From positions 63,442 through 127,441 of the forward strand of contig MTLP01000032.1 in NCBI GenBank assembly GCA_002009975.1: 64,000 nt of DNA. Direction: 5' to 3'. Of the stretch, positions 39,451 through 49,060 are shown piece after piece. Under the pieces are notes generated by a model, which was not told the DNA's origin, did no database searches, and was given only the letters and a program-made list of their open reading frames with translations. The DNA is from Thermococcus sp. JdFR-02. GTDB lineage: Archaea > Methanobacteriota_B > Thermococci > Thermococcales > Thermococcaceae. How positions within the stretch are numbered: position 1 is the first letter of the stretch; each line of letters opens with the position of its first letter. Made by a program: the position numbers and the translations under genes.

Positions 39451-40656
39451 TTACTTTTTATTTTTTGATAACATATTTTGAGACAGAGAAGAAAAATAAA
39501 GTCTAAGAAAATCTAACGTCATTAGATGGGCAAGAGTATTTGCCCAGAACAAGCCTCTTGGTGTTAAAATTAACCTGTTCCTCTTTATCTCAATCCATTT
39601 CCTTTCAAGTGCTAAGCTTATTGATGATGCAAAGTTTGTGATCTCAGCCTTCTTAATGGAAATTTCTCCCTCAAATAGCTTTGATATTATCTTTTCACCT
39701 TTATAAAGCTCTTCCGATAGTAGGAAAGTAATGGGAGTATAAGGACTCTTGATGTAGTGTCTTGTATGATGCGGATGAAAGATAGAGTGATTCTCTACAT
39801 GACCCCCTGCTCCAGGACCAATACCTAAGAGCGGTTTTTCGAGACGCGTAAAGTATTTCGAGTAGTGAAATTCATCTTTTCCATTAGAGAAATGATTTAT
39901 TGAAAGATGTCTGTAACCGTGTTCTAGTAAGTAGTTATAGGCTTCTAAAAAGTCTCGTTCGTTCTCCTCTACACTTGGATGTGGATATGAGTTCATAGCT
40001 TTGTTATAAACAAGAGGGTAAATCGATATCCCATCAACACCAACTTTAATAGCTTTCTTAACATCATCTAGCAAGATATTCTCATATGGTGTGTTATAAA
40101 GCAGATCAACTGAAACAACTTCAAAATACTCCTTTGCCAGCTCAAGCTTTTTAATCACTTCCTTTTCCTTGTTCCACCTTCCCAATATTGCTCTCATCTT
40201 ATCATTAAAACTTTGTACTCCAAAACTTATCCTGTTAATACCAAATGATGCTAGGATCTCAGCTTTGTCTTTATTAAACTCGTTTATTGTGCTTTCAACG
40301 CTTATTTCTATAGGTTTATTGCTGTTTTCATAAATAAAATTCAATATTCTTTTAAACTCCTGAGTGGGTAAAAGAGTTGGAGTTCCCCCGCCAAAATATA
40401 AGACTTCAACTTTAAAGCTTCTAAACTTCCTCAATTCTCTCAAAATTGCACTAACATAATGTTCATAGGGAAGTGTTGGATATTCCTTATAGAGTATGCA
40501 AAATCTACAATTTTGTAAGCAAAAAGGAACATGAATATACATTGCACCCTTTCTATTCTTAAATAACTGTGTCGGCTTAGTATCAACTTTCCTTCTAAAG
40601 TTATTGAATGGTGCTAATGCATGATGATGGGTTTTTATCCATACGATGTCTTTCAT
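39451..40656 (-). CDS. HemN/ChuW-like radical SAM protein
   Basis: YIHVPFCLQNCRFC, YFGGGTPT, RISFGVQSF, LGIGPGA. Confidence 0.85.
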   Translation of the reverse strand: MKDIVWIKTHHHALAPFNNFRRKVDTKPTQLFKNRKGAMYIHVPFCLQNCRFCILYKEYPTLPYEHYVSAILRELRKFRSFKVEVLYFGGGTPTLLPTQEFKRILNFIYENSNKPIEISVESTINEFNKDKAEILASFGINRISFGVQSFNDKMRAILGRWNKEKEVIKKLELAKEYFEVVSVDLLYNTPYENILLDDVKKAIKVGVDGISIYPLVYNKAMNSYPHPSVEENERDFLEAYNYLLEHGYRHLSINHFSNGKDEFHYSKYFTRLEKPLLGIGPGAGGHVENHSIFHPHHTRHYIKSPYTPITFLLSEELYKGEKIISKLFEGEISIKKAEITNFASSISLALERKWIEIKRNRLILTPRGLFWANTLAHLMTLDFLRLYFSSLSQNMLSKNKK

Positions 40657-40711
40657 CCTGAGCTCCTCCTAGTAATTAAAAAAGATAGAGAAAGCGTGAT
40701 GCTCATGGTCA

Positions 40712-41140
40712 CTAAACTTTTACTGGTTTCTTTGAAACATCCTTAACTGACAAGTACGCAAAGATTGAAAGAAGCCCTAGTACTAGATAAGATGTTACAT
40801 CATCCAATGGAGTCCATCCAATGAAGTCTTCGCTCTTTAGGAGATATGCTTCAATCGCATCAGCACTAATAACAAGCAAAGCTAGTATGGCTAGTCCAAT
40901 GCTTAAAATTGAGCCGGCATAAAGATAGGATGTTGCTTTAAAGTCATTTTTCAATGCCTTTTTGAACCCTGTTAAGTAAATTGCACTTATTGTTAACAAT
41001 ACAAAACCAACAAATAAATCTCCTGTTGGGGACACTATCACTGTCGTTTCTCTTCCAAAGTAGCTTAAGCTTTCTATCATGCTGTAAATAAGATAGAGAA
41101 AGCCAAAGATTAAGGTTAAATATTTAACGGTTTTTTTCAT
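40712..41140 (-). CDS. Membrane protein coupled to feoB
   Basis: Four TM segments; ATGA overlap with the feoB stop. Confidence 0.7.
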   Translation of the reverse strand: MKKTVKYLTLIFGFLYLIYSMIESLSYFGRETTVIVSPTGDLFVGFVLLTISAIYLTGFKKALKNDFKATSYLYAGSILSIGLAILALLVISADAIEAYLLKSEDFIGWTPLDDVTSYLVLGLLSIFAYLSVKDVSKKPVKV

Positions 41141-43149
41141 AGTAATGCACCTCCCATTAACACTATCACTAATGCCACTAAGTAAGCTAACAGCAATTCA
41201 TAGAGAAGAGCAAAGAGTGCCCATTTTGTTCCAGCTTCCTGCTTAATTACACCAATTGTAGCAACACAAGGGACGTAAATTAGAACAAAAGCCATGAAAG
41301 CAAAAGCGGCTACTGGAGTAAAAGCACTACTTGATGCTAAAGCATAAGGTAAGCTCTCTTCTCCAACCCCATAAAGTATTCCCATTGTTCCAACAACAAC
41401 CTCCTTAGCAAGAAAACCAAAGAACAAAGCCACTCCAGCTTTCCAGTCCCATCCAAATGGTTTGAATATTGGTTCCAAGGCACGTCCTATTGTTGCAACC
41501 CACGACTTTGCTAATAATTCACCACTTTCAAGTGCGTTTGAACCAAGATATCCACTTGGTCCAGTGACTGATAAAAGCCAGACTATAATCATCGTTGCAA
41601 AGATTATCGTTCCAGCTTTTTTCAAGAATTTTTCTGTCCTTGTCCAAGTAACTCCAAATATTGTTCTCCAATTGGGTTTGTTATATGGAGGCAATTCCAT
41701 GACAAAATGCGAAGGCTGTCCTTTGAATATAAACCCCCTAAAGAGCCAAGCAAGGATTAAAGCTAAGAGTATGCCCAAGATATACATGCTTGTTATCACC
41801 GTTCCTTCTCTTCCCATAAAAAATGCCCCTGCGAACAGAGCATAAACAGGTAAACGTGCACTACATGACATTAAGGGATTAATTAAGATTGTTAATATTC
41901 TGTCCTTCTCATCTTCAAGTGTTCTTGTTGCCATTATTGCTGGAACATTACATCCAAAGCCCATTATCATTGGTACAACGGATTTTCCATGTAATCCAAA
42001 TCTGTGCATCACTCTATCCATAACAAAAGCTGCCCTTGCCATGTATCCGCTATCCTCAAGCCAAGAAAACACTAGGAATAGAAAGGCAATCGGAGGTAAA
42101 AACACTAAAACACTCCCCAGCCCTGCTAGTATTCCATCTCTTAAAAGTGAAGCTAAAGCATCATTGCCTATACCACTTCCAACTACACCACCAAGCCATC
42201 CAAAGAATGCGTCTATTATATCGCTAAACGGTGCTGAAACGTCAAAAGTAAATTTAAATGCCATCCACATTAGGCTGAAAAATACTGGAATGCCTAGATA
42301 CTTGTGAGTGAATACTTCATCAAGCATTTCAGTAAAGGTAATTCTTTCTTCTTTCTTAGTAACAGCTTTTTTTGCAATTTCACTAATTATTTTATACCTC
42401 TCATCAGCTAACGCGAGTTCGATATCATCATATTTTTTGTGCAAATCGTTGAACACATCAATTAAGGTTTTTAGTACATCATCTCTCATTTTACTCTTTT
42501 CAATTATTGCTCTTACATCGCTATCTTCTTCTAATAGTTTTATTGCAAGCCATCTCAAGTTATACTGTCTAGTTAATTTCTCATCTTTTTCCAAAACCTT
42601 AATTAGCTTCTTTATATAAGGTTCGAAGTTTGGATATTCGACTATCGGTGGTTTTTTGTCAAGAGATTTTGCGATTCTTTCTTTTAATTTATCAATGCCT
42701 TCTCCTTTTGAAGCAATTGTTGGAACAACAGGAACACCTAATAACTCTTCAAGTTTTTCTGGATTTACATTATACCCTTTCTCTTCTGAAATATCAATTT
42801 TGTTTAAGGCTATAACAACATTTGCCCCAATTTCAAGAAGCTGTAAAGCCAAATAGAGATTTCTTTCGAGATTTGACGCATCTATAATGTCAACAACAAC
42901 TTTTGGTTTCTCTTGGACAATAAAATTTCTTGCAATCTTTTCATCAATAGAATAGGCGGTTAAACCGTAAACTCCAGGTAAGTCAACAACCCTAAACTTT
43001 ATTCCTTTGTGCTCAAGTTCTCCTTCTTTTTTCTCAACTGTTACTCCAGGCCAATTACCAATGTGTTGCCTTAAACCAGTTAAAGCATTGAAGATAGTAG
43101 TCTTACCAGTATTGGGATTCCCAATTAAAGCTATTACTACTTCTTTCAT
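41137..43149 (-). CDS. feoB: Ferrous iron transport protein B
   Basis: GNPNTGKT, NWPGVTVE, DLPG, NKID, GFGCNVP, MSCSARLP, PCVAT. Confidence 0.97.
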   Translation of the reverse strand: MKEVVIALIGNPNTGKTTIFNALTGLRQHIGNWPGVTVEKKEGELEHKGIKFRVVDLPGVYGLTAYSIDEKIARNFIVQEKPKVVVDIIDASNLERNLYLALQLLEIGANVVIALNKIDISEEKGYNVNPEKLEELLGVPVVPTIASKGEGIDKLKERIAKSLDKKPPIVEYPNFEPYIKKLIKVLEKDEKLTRQYNLRWLAIKLLEEDSDVRAIIEKSKMRDDVLKTLIDVFNDLHKKYDDIELALADERYKIISEIAKKAVTKKEERITFTEMLDEVFTHKYLGIPVFFSLMWMAFKFTFDVSAPFSDIIDAFFGWLGGVVGSGIGNDALASLLRDGILAGLGSVLVFLPPIAFLFLVFSWLEDSGYMARAAFVMDRVMHRFGLHGKSVVPMIMGFGCNVPAIMATRTLEDEKDRILTILINPLMSCSARLPVYALFAGAFFMGREGTVITSMYILGILLALILAWLFRGFIFKGQPSHFVMELPPYNKPNWRTIFGVTWTRTEKFLKKAGTIIFATMIIVWLLSVTGPSGYLGSNALESGELLAKSWVATIGRALEPIFKPFGWDWKAGVALFFGFLAKEVVVGTMGILYGVGEESLPYALASSSAFTPVAAFAFMAFVLIYVPCVATIGVIKQEAGTKWALFALLYELLLAYLVALVIVLMGGALL

Positions 43150-43373
43150 TCTTTCACCTCCACGTAGATTTTCATAGCTATACCTCTTCCAAGAGCAATT
43201 TGTCCTCCTTTGACTGAAATAATTAAAGGGCCAGCCATTTGATTCCTAACAACGAAAATTTCACTTCCTGGATTTAGTCCCATATCAACGAGTTTTCTAA
43301 AAATTCCATGTCCTCCAGCGAAGTATTTTAGGATCACTCTCTTTCCTTCTCCTACAAAAGCTAATGGAAACAT
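43146..43373 (-). CDS. feoA: Ferrous iron transport protein A
   Basis: LVDMGLNPG...GPLII...IALGRGIA. Confidence 0.9.
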   Translation of the reverse strand: MFPLAFVGEGKRVILKYFAGGHGIFRKLVDMGLNPGSEIFVVRNQMAGPLIISVKGGQIALGRGIAMKIYVEVKE

Positions 43374-43586
43374 TCACTCCACCTCTATATATCCAGCTTC
43401 TTCAAGTCGGAGCGAAAGTTTATACCCTCTAACTTCAATTTCTATAGGATCTCCGAGTGGGGCTCTCTTAATTACCCTAATTTTAGTTCCTGGTGTAAGC
43501 CCCATGTCTAAAAGACGAGTCTTAGGACCTCCAGCAATTCTCCTAACTTTTACAACTTCTCCAGGCATAACTTCATTCAATCTCAT
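43374..43586 (-). CDS. feoA: Ferrous iron transport protein A
   Basis: RLLDMGLTPG...APLGDPIEIEVRGYKLSLR. Confidence 0.93.
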   Translation of the reverse strand: MRLNEVMPGEVVKVRRIAGGPKTRLLDMGLTPGTKIRVIKRAPLGDPIEIEVRGYKLSLRLEEAGYIEVE

Positions 43587-43621
43587 ATGCCCACCCCCAT
43601 GGACACTTTCATACATATCTG

Positions 43622-43751
43622 TTAGGTTTTCCTAATAATCTGTGATTAGTCTAATCTAACAATCTTTAAATAGTTTTCTGTTTGTAAAGGAAACATACCC
43701 TATATGAAAACATGATTTTTAGGTTAGTCTAACATGATTAGGAATTCCAAA
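43622..43751. promoter_or_regulatory. Four DtxR-like boxes around the feoAAB promoter
   Basis: TTAGGTTTTCCTAA (43622), TTAGTCTAATCTAA (43646), TTAGGTTAGTCTAA (43719), TTAGGAATTCCAAA (43738). Confidence 0.75.
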
Positions 43752-43879
43752 TAACATACTATCTAAAATACAATTTGTACAAAATAGTTTGAAAAACAAA
43801 AATTTAGATTTCCTTTTCAAAATATTGTCCTGAAATCATTCAATATTTAGTTTCTGTGCATATGCCTATAAGCGCTACT

Positions 43880-44707
43880 CTAAAACTCTATCACCTTTCC
43901 AACATATAGGGGCTCAACGTTTTTTCCAAAGGTGTGCATAAATGATGCAATTGCTTCAAAGCCCGTGCAATGTCCTGCATAAAGTTTTTGAACACCTAAC
44001 TCCTTTAGACCCCTTATTGCATCCTTCAGCAATTTCTCGTTAGAGCCTATCAAATGAAAACCTCCTATTAGAGCTTTAACAGGTTTATTCAACAAGTTTT
44101 GAGCATGCATTATTATATTTAAGATTCCACTATGGCCACAACCCGTTATTACTCCCATAACATCTCCTAAGTCTAAAATTAATGCCATATCATCTCTAAC
44201 ATCATCTTTGATTAACTTTCCATTCTTAACCCTATATCCAACCTCTCTGCTCCAAGTCTTTCTTTCTATTTCTCCGCTACTCCAAATATTTTCAACTATT
44301 TGAAACGGTTCTTTAACCAAAATAAATTCTGCACCAAGAGCTTCAAGTTCTTCTTTAGAGAATGGCAAGCTAATATTTCTTAAATGTGGCTTTAAAGCAA
44401 CTCTTTTGACAAAAATGTCTGGATGGGCAACTATTGGTAGGCTTTTGCTTCTTCTCTCTAATAATGCTTTTATTCCACCTGTATGATCATAATGTCCATG
44501 AGTTAAAAAGAGGTAATCTATTTTGTTTGGGTTTATATTTAATGCCTCCATATTTTTAAGTAAAGTTTCTCCATCTGTGCCAGTGTCAACTAAAATTCTG
44601 TAATTTTTATGCTCTATTAAAGCGGAAAATCCATGTCCACCAAGAAAGCCTTTTTTGAATCCGCTGTGGTTCTCAAAGAGGATTTTTATTTCCACTGGAA
44701 TCACCAA
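43880..44707 (-). CDS. MBL-fold metallo-hydrolase (COG1237-like)
   Basis: HGFS, DTG, THGHYDHTGG, GCGHSG, GGFH, GHCTG. Confidence 0.9.
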   Translation of the reverse strand: MVIPVEIKILFENHSGFKKGFLGGHGFSALIEHKNYRILVDTGTDGETLLKNMEALNINPNKIDYLFLTHGHYDHTGGIKALLERRSKSLPIVAHPDIFVKRVALKPHLRNISLPFSKEELEALGAEFILVKEPFQIVENIWSSGEIERKTWSREVGYRVKNGKLIKDDVRDDMALILDLGDVMGVITGCGHSGILNIIMHAQNLLNKPVKALIGGFHLIGSNEKLLKDAIRGLKELGVQKLYAGHCTGFEAIASFMHTFGKNVEPLYVGKVIEF

Positions 44708-44708
44708 A

Positions 44709-45095
44709 CTAAAACTTTGCTTTATTTCCTGCCCTCTTTCCTAAAATTGCTTGAGTTAGTTTCCCTTCCAAATAGGCCCTAATAGCTTGCTCTACTCTCA
44801 TGTTAGCTGGTGCTGAAACAAACTTTATTCTAGCTGCTTGAAGAACTTGGGATGAATTTGGACCAAAGACTCCGGCTATTACAACATTGGCACCTTGGTT
44901 AATACAAAATTGAGCCGCTTGAATACCAGCACCCTTTGGAGCACTATATCCTGGATTTTGGACAACCTGAACATTTATAATATCTCTATTTTCAATGTCA
45001 ACAACTGTAAAAGTTGGTGTTCTTCCAAAATGCTGATTAACAAAATCATCTAATCCACCTTTTACAGTAGCTACTATGAAGCGCATCTTACTCAC
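44709..45095 (-). CDS. NifB/NifX-family (FeMo-co-binding-like) protein
   Basis: HFGRTPTFTVVD, GAGIQAAQ, FGPN. Confidence 0.88.
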   Translation of the reverse strand: MSKMRFIVATVKGGLDDFVNQHFGRTPTFTVVDIENRDIINVQVVQNPGYSAPKGAGIQAAQFCINQGANVVIAGVFGPNSSQVLQAARIKFVSAPANMRVEQAIRAYLEGKLTQAILGKRAGNKAKF

Positions 45096-45116
45096 CTCAT
45101 AAAAATATCAAAGAAA

Positions 45117-45158
45117 GTTAGGGAAATCTAACTTAAAAGTTTTTGCTTATGCACAAAA
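45117..45158 (-). promoter_or_regulatory. Promoter with TGTGCATAAGCA site, TATA and TTAGA-N4-CCTAA box
   Basis: GTTAGGGAAATCTAAC (45117-45132) and TTTTGCTTATGCACAAAA (45141-45158) flank TTTTAAG on the minus strand. Confidence 0.65.
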
Positions 45159-45172
45159 TGGTTGATGAGACC

Positions 45173-45331
45173 TTAATAATAGCCCCAATAAGGTCTAACT
45201 CTTCTCCAATAGAATCTGCAATATCCCCTGCCATAAAGCCATCCAGGTCTTTGCCAAGGTGGAAGATAGCTAAATGGACCATTTCCAGGCCAAGATTTCC
45301 ACATCCACCATCTTCCTCTTCCCCATGGCAT
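45173..45331 (-). CDS. 52-aa W/G/R/P-rich protein (DUF5320-like)
   Basis: GGAGGTGA RBS; MPWGRGRWWMWKSWPGNGPFSYLPPWQRPGWLYGRGYC... Confidence 0.7.
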   Translation of the reverse strand: MPWGRGRWWMWKSWPGNGPFSYLPPWQRPGWLYGRGYCRFYWRRVRPYWGYY

Positions 45332-45374
45332 TGAAATCACCTCCTTAAAGGAATAAATGAGAGAAAAATTTTCA

Positions 45375-45881
45375 CTAAAACCACCATCTTCTACCTCTTC
45401 CTCTCCTACGTCCTCTTCCAAAGCCTCTCATCCCTGCACCAAAACCATAGGTGGGATATGGAGGCATAGGTACGGTAGTTTGTTGTGAGTAATCAGGGAA
45501 ATACATTGGTGGTACATAAGGAGTTGCTGTTGAAACTTGTTCCTGTGGGATTTCGCCTTTAATGATTTTTTCAATGGCTTTTTTTATTGATGTTCCAGCG
45601 GGGAACGTGTAAATCCTAATTCCAGATGCTTGTAGAGCATCGTAAGCGTTAGGGCCATATTGACCTGCTATTACCGTGTCAATGCCTTCATTTATGAGCA
45701 TTTGCACAGCCATTATTCCAGCTCCTCTTGGAGCACTCATAGCTTGATTTTGGATTATTTTAACATTTTTTATTTCTCCATTTTCAACATCAACGATTGT
45801 AAAAGCAGGAGCTCTTGCAAAGACTGCTGAAATAGTATCTTCCAAGCCTCCTCCATTTGAACTAGCAACTGCTATCCTCAT
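45375..45881 (-). CDS. IssA/SipA-like iron-sulfur storage protein
   Basis: NifB/NifX domain (FARAPAFTIVD, GAG, GPNA), Pro-rich linker and G/R/aromatic tail GRGRRRGRGRRWWF, the architecture of Pyrococcus IssA. Confidence 0.75.
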   Translation of the reverse strand: MRIAVASSNGGGLEDTISAVFARAPAFTIVDVENGEIKNVKIIQNQAMSAPRGAGIMAVQMLINEGIDTVIAGQYGPNAYDALQASGIRIYTFPAGTSIKKAIEKIIKGEIPQEQVSTATPYVPPMYFPDYSQQTTVPMPPYPTYGFGAGMRGFGRGRRRGRGRRWWF

Positions 45882-45897
45882 CTTTATCACCTCATTA

Positions 45898-45941
45898 TGT
45901 GCATATGCACAAAATGTTTATAAATTTTTCGGGCAGCCTAA
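45898..45941. promoter_or_regulatory. Perfect TGTGCATATGCACA palindrome, TATA and TTCGG-N4-CCTAA box
   Basis: Palindrome 45898-45911; TTTATAAA 45917-45924; TTCGGGCAGCCTAA 45928-45941. Confidence 0.7.
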
Positions 45942-45985
45942 TTTACATTGGGATTTATAAACCAAAAGAACAAAAAATAAAAACG

Positions 45986-48298
45986 ATGTACCTGAAGAAA
46001 GAGCTAATTGAACCAAGGATTTATCAAGAGGTAATCTTTGCAAAGTGTAAAGATAAAAACAGCTTAGTTGTTTTGCCAACTGGACTAGGTAAAACATTAA
46101 TAGCTCAAATGATTGCTGATTACAGGCTTTCAAAATATGGTGGAAAAGTTCTAATGCTTGCTCCTACAAAACCTTTAGTCTTGCAGCATAGGGAAAGCTT
46201 TGTAAGGCTCTTTGATATTCCTCCCGAGAAAATCAATGCTCTAACTGGTGAGAGCAATCCAAAAGAAAGGCAAAAAATTTGGGAGAGGAGTATTATAATA
46301 ACCGCAACTCCCCAAACTATTGAAAACGACTTAGTTGTAGGAAGAATAAGCCTCGAAGATGTTGTTCTGCTAATCTTTGATGAAGCCCACAGAGCTGTTG
46401 GAAACTACGCTTATGTTTACATAGCAAAGGAATACATGAGACAAGCAAAGCATTCACTAATTTTGGGTTTAACAGCGTCTCCTGGAAGTGAAGAAGGGAA
46501 AATAAAGGAAATATTGAAAAATCTATACATAGAACATGTGGAAGTTAGGACTGAAAATTCTCCCGATGTTAAGCCTTATGTTCAAGGCATCAAGTTTGAA
46601 TGGGTTAGAGTTGACTTACCAGAGCTTTATAAGGAAGTTAGAAAACTTTTAAGGGAAATGCTCAAAGATTCTCTAAAGCCATTGGCACAAGCTGGGTTAA
46701 TTGATAGTTATTCTCCAGATATTCCAAAAAAAGAGGTGTTAAAAGCGGGGCAAATAATAAATGCAGAAATTTCAAAAGGCAATTATGATGTTTCGCCTCT
46801 CCTAGTTCCTCAAGCAAAAGCAGTGAAACTCCATCACGCTATAGAGCTTTTAGAAACCCAAGGTTTAACAGCTCTAAGGGCTTATTTGAAGAAACTCTAT
46901 GACGACGCAAAAAGAGGAAGAGTGAAGTCCAACAAGGAATTGATGAGTGACTCCAGAATGAAAAAGGCAATTTCTCTTTTGATTCAAGCAAGGGAGCTTG
47001 GCTTAGACCATCCGAAGATTGATAGACTTAAAGAACTTGTAAAAGAACAGTTAGAAAAGAAGTCGAACTCAAAAATAATTGTTTTCACAAACTACAGGGA
47101 AACAGCAAAGAAGCTTGTTAAAGAGCTTAATTCAATGGGTGTGAAAGTTTCTCGTTTTGTTGGACAAGCGAGTAAAGAGAACGATGTTGGAATGACCCAA
47201 AGAAAGCAGAAAGAAACCCTTGAACTCTTTAGTCAAGGAGTTTTCAACGTATTAGTTGCAACAAGCGTTGGCGAAGAAGGTTTGGATGTTCCGGAGGTTG
47301 ATTTGGTAATTTTCTATGAGCCTGTTCCATCAGCAATAAGGAGCATACAAAGGAGAGGAAGAACTGGGAGACATAAACCTGGAAGAGTCATAATTTTAAT
47401 GGCAAAAGGAACAAGAGACGAGGCATATTATTGGAGTTCTAGGAATAAGGAGAAAGTTATGATTTCTCTTCTCAAAAGGGTGAGTGAGATGGTTAAAAAA
47501 GAAAAGCAAAGCTCTCTCTTAAGTTTTGTTAAAAAGGAGGAGAAGTCACCTAAAGAAAGTGAAGAAAAGACTGAAAAAGAGAGGCAAATTTCATTGGAAA
47601 GCTTACCGATAAAACCCGTAGTTGTTAAGAAAAAGAAGGGAAAAATTGTTGTTTATATTGACAGTAGGGAACTAAAGAGTGAAGTTCCAAAAGTTTTGAA
47701 AGAATTAGGAGCTGAGATTGAAGTTAAAACACTTGATGTTGGAGATTATGTCGTAAGTGAAGAGGTTGCAATAGAGAGGAAATCCGCTAATGATTTTATC
47801 CAGTCAATAATTGATGGTCGCTTGTTTGAGCAAATGAAACGTCTAACAGAAGCTTATAGAAGACCTATCCTTATAATTGAGGGACAGCTTTATGGGATTA
47901 GAAATGTGCATCCAAATGCTATTAGAGGTGCTTTAGCTGCAGTTGCTCTTGATTGGGGAGTTCCCATTTTATTTGCACAAGATGCCAAAGAAACGGCGAA
48001 TTATATTTACTTAATAGCAAGAAGGGAACAGGAGGAAAAGAAAAAGGAGGTAGCCTTAAGGGGAGAGAAGAAAGCGTTAACTTTAGCCGAAAGACAACGT
48101 CTAATCGTCGAAGGATTACCAAATGTTTCTGCTACTTTAGCTAAAAGGCTCTTGAGGCATTTTGGAAGTGTTGAGAGGGTTTTCACGGCAAAAGAGAGCG
48201 AGCTTATGGAAGTTGAAGGAATTGGAGAATTAAAGGCAAGAGAAATTAGAAAAGTAATAACGGCACCTTATGTTGAAGATGATGAGCAAATTGGATAA
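45986..48298 (+). CDS. hef: Hef helicase/ERCC4 nuclease
   Basis: PTGLGKT, DEAH, TAS, QRRGRTGR, GDY...ERKSANDF ERCC4 motif, HhH C-terminus. Confidence 0.95.
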   Translation: MYLKKELIEPRIYQEVIFAKCKDKNSLVVLPTGLGKTLIAQMIADYRLSKYGGKVLMLAPTKPLVLQHRESFVRLFDIPPEKINALTGESNPKERQKIWERSIIITATPQTIENDLVVGRISLEDVVLLIFDEAHRAVGNYAYVYIAKEYMRQAKHSLILGLTASPGSEEGKIKEILKNLYIEHVEVRTENSPDVKPYVQGIKFEWVRVDLPELYKEVRKLLREMLKDSLKPLAQAGLIDSYSPDIPKKEVLKAGQIINAEISKGNYDVSPLLVPQAKAVKLHHAIELLETQGLTALRAYLKKLYDDAKRGRVKSNKELMSDSRMKKAISLLIQARELGLDHPKIDRLKELVKEQLEKKSNSKIIVFTNYRETAKKLVKELNSMGVKVSRFVGQASKENDVGMTQRKQKETLELFSQGVFNVLVATSVGEEGLDVPEVDLVIFYEPVPSAIRSIQRRGRTGRHKPGRVIILMAKGTRDEAYYWSSRNKEKVMISLLKRVSEMVKKEKQSSLLSFVKKEEKSPKESEEKTEKERQISLESLPIKPVVVKKKKGKIVVYIDSRELKSEVPKVLKELGAEIEVKTLDVGDYVVSEEVAIERKSANDFIQSIIDGRLFEQMKRLTEAYRRPILIIEGQLYGIRNVHPNAIRGALAAVALDWGVPILFAQDAKETANYIYLIARREQEEKKKEVALRGEKKALTLAERQRLIVEGLPNVSATLAKRLLRHFGSVERVFTAKESELMEVEGIGELKAREIRKVITAPYVEDDEQIG

Positions 48299-49026
48299 TC
48301 CCACGCATCAAACTCCTCTGGGATAACTCCGGGTTTAATCCCTATAACCCTCGCACATACATTAGCCCTTCTTTCATTAAGCCTTTTGGTGCTGTTAAAT
48401 ACCAAAGTAAAGGCTCCATTTCGTTTAAAGAGTTTAATTTTGATAGCTCCTTTTGTGCTGGTTAAAAAAGGATAATCTTCATACACCACATCTGGATAAA
48501 CATTGGTTAAATTCCAACCTATTGGATAGTAAATCCACAATTCCTTGGGAGTTAGGTTGGCTAAATAGTGAGCAAAGACAACTTTTTGAGTTCCCAAATT
48601 AATTACCGCATGATCAACAAGAATTCCAAGAGGTTCATCAGGTGGAGTTATCACAAGGTTATCTCTTTTTAAAGTCCTATTCCAGATACTTCCGCTACCG
48701 TATCCATGACCTTTCATTGTTTTATAGTAAAAGAACATTTCAATCTGATAGCCTCTAATCCTGAAGACCTTTTCTGCAACAGTCCACACATAATTTGGAT
48801 TTCTTGTTTCTTCATAAGCTTTCAGTAACATCTTAGCAACATCATCTCCATTAAAGTCAACAGGTAGTTGAGAAATGTACCTTTCCACCGTTTCAGATAA
48901 AGTGTAGGGACATAAATCAATTCTAGGGGTGAGAGTTGAAGTGGGAAAAACTGCAATGCCAATAACAATCCCAATAAGAATACCAACTGTAAATTGCAAT
49001 AATCCTTTCATATTTATCCCCATCAT
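48268..49026 (-). CDS. Hypothetical membrane-anchored protein
   Basis: N-terminal TM segment followed by a soluble domain. Confidence 0.65.
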   Translation of the reverse strand: MMGINMKGLLQFTVGILIGIVIGIAVFPTSTLTPRIDLCPYTLSETVERYISQLPVDFNGDDVAKMLLKAYEETRNPNYVWTVAEKVFRIRGYQIEMFFYYKTMKGHGYGSGSIWNRTLKRDNLVITPPDEPLGILVDHAVINLGTQKVVFAHYLANLTPKELWIYYPIGWNLTNVYPDVVYEDYPFLTSTKGAIKIKLFKRNGAFTLVFNSTKRLNERRANVCARVIGIKPGVIPEEFDAWDYPICSSSST

Positions 49027-49060
49027 TTTTACTTCCTTGAGTTATATAAACTCTTCTAAA

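Noticed and set aside
43622-43751. SurR sites (GTT-N3-AAC) at the feo promoter
   Set aside because: The GTT...AAC spacing seen here is N5 or longer; the sites fit TTAGG-N4-CCTAA instead.
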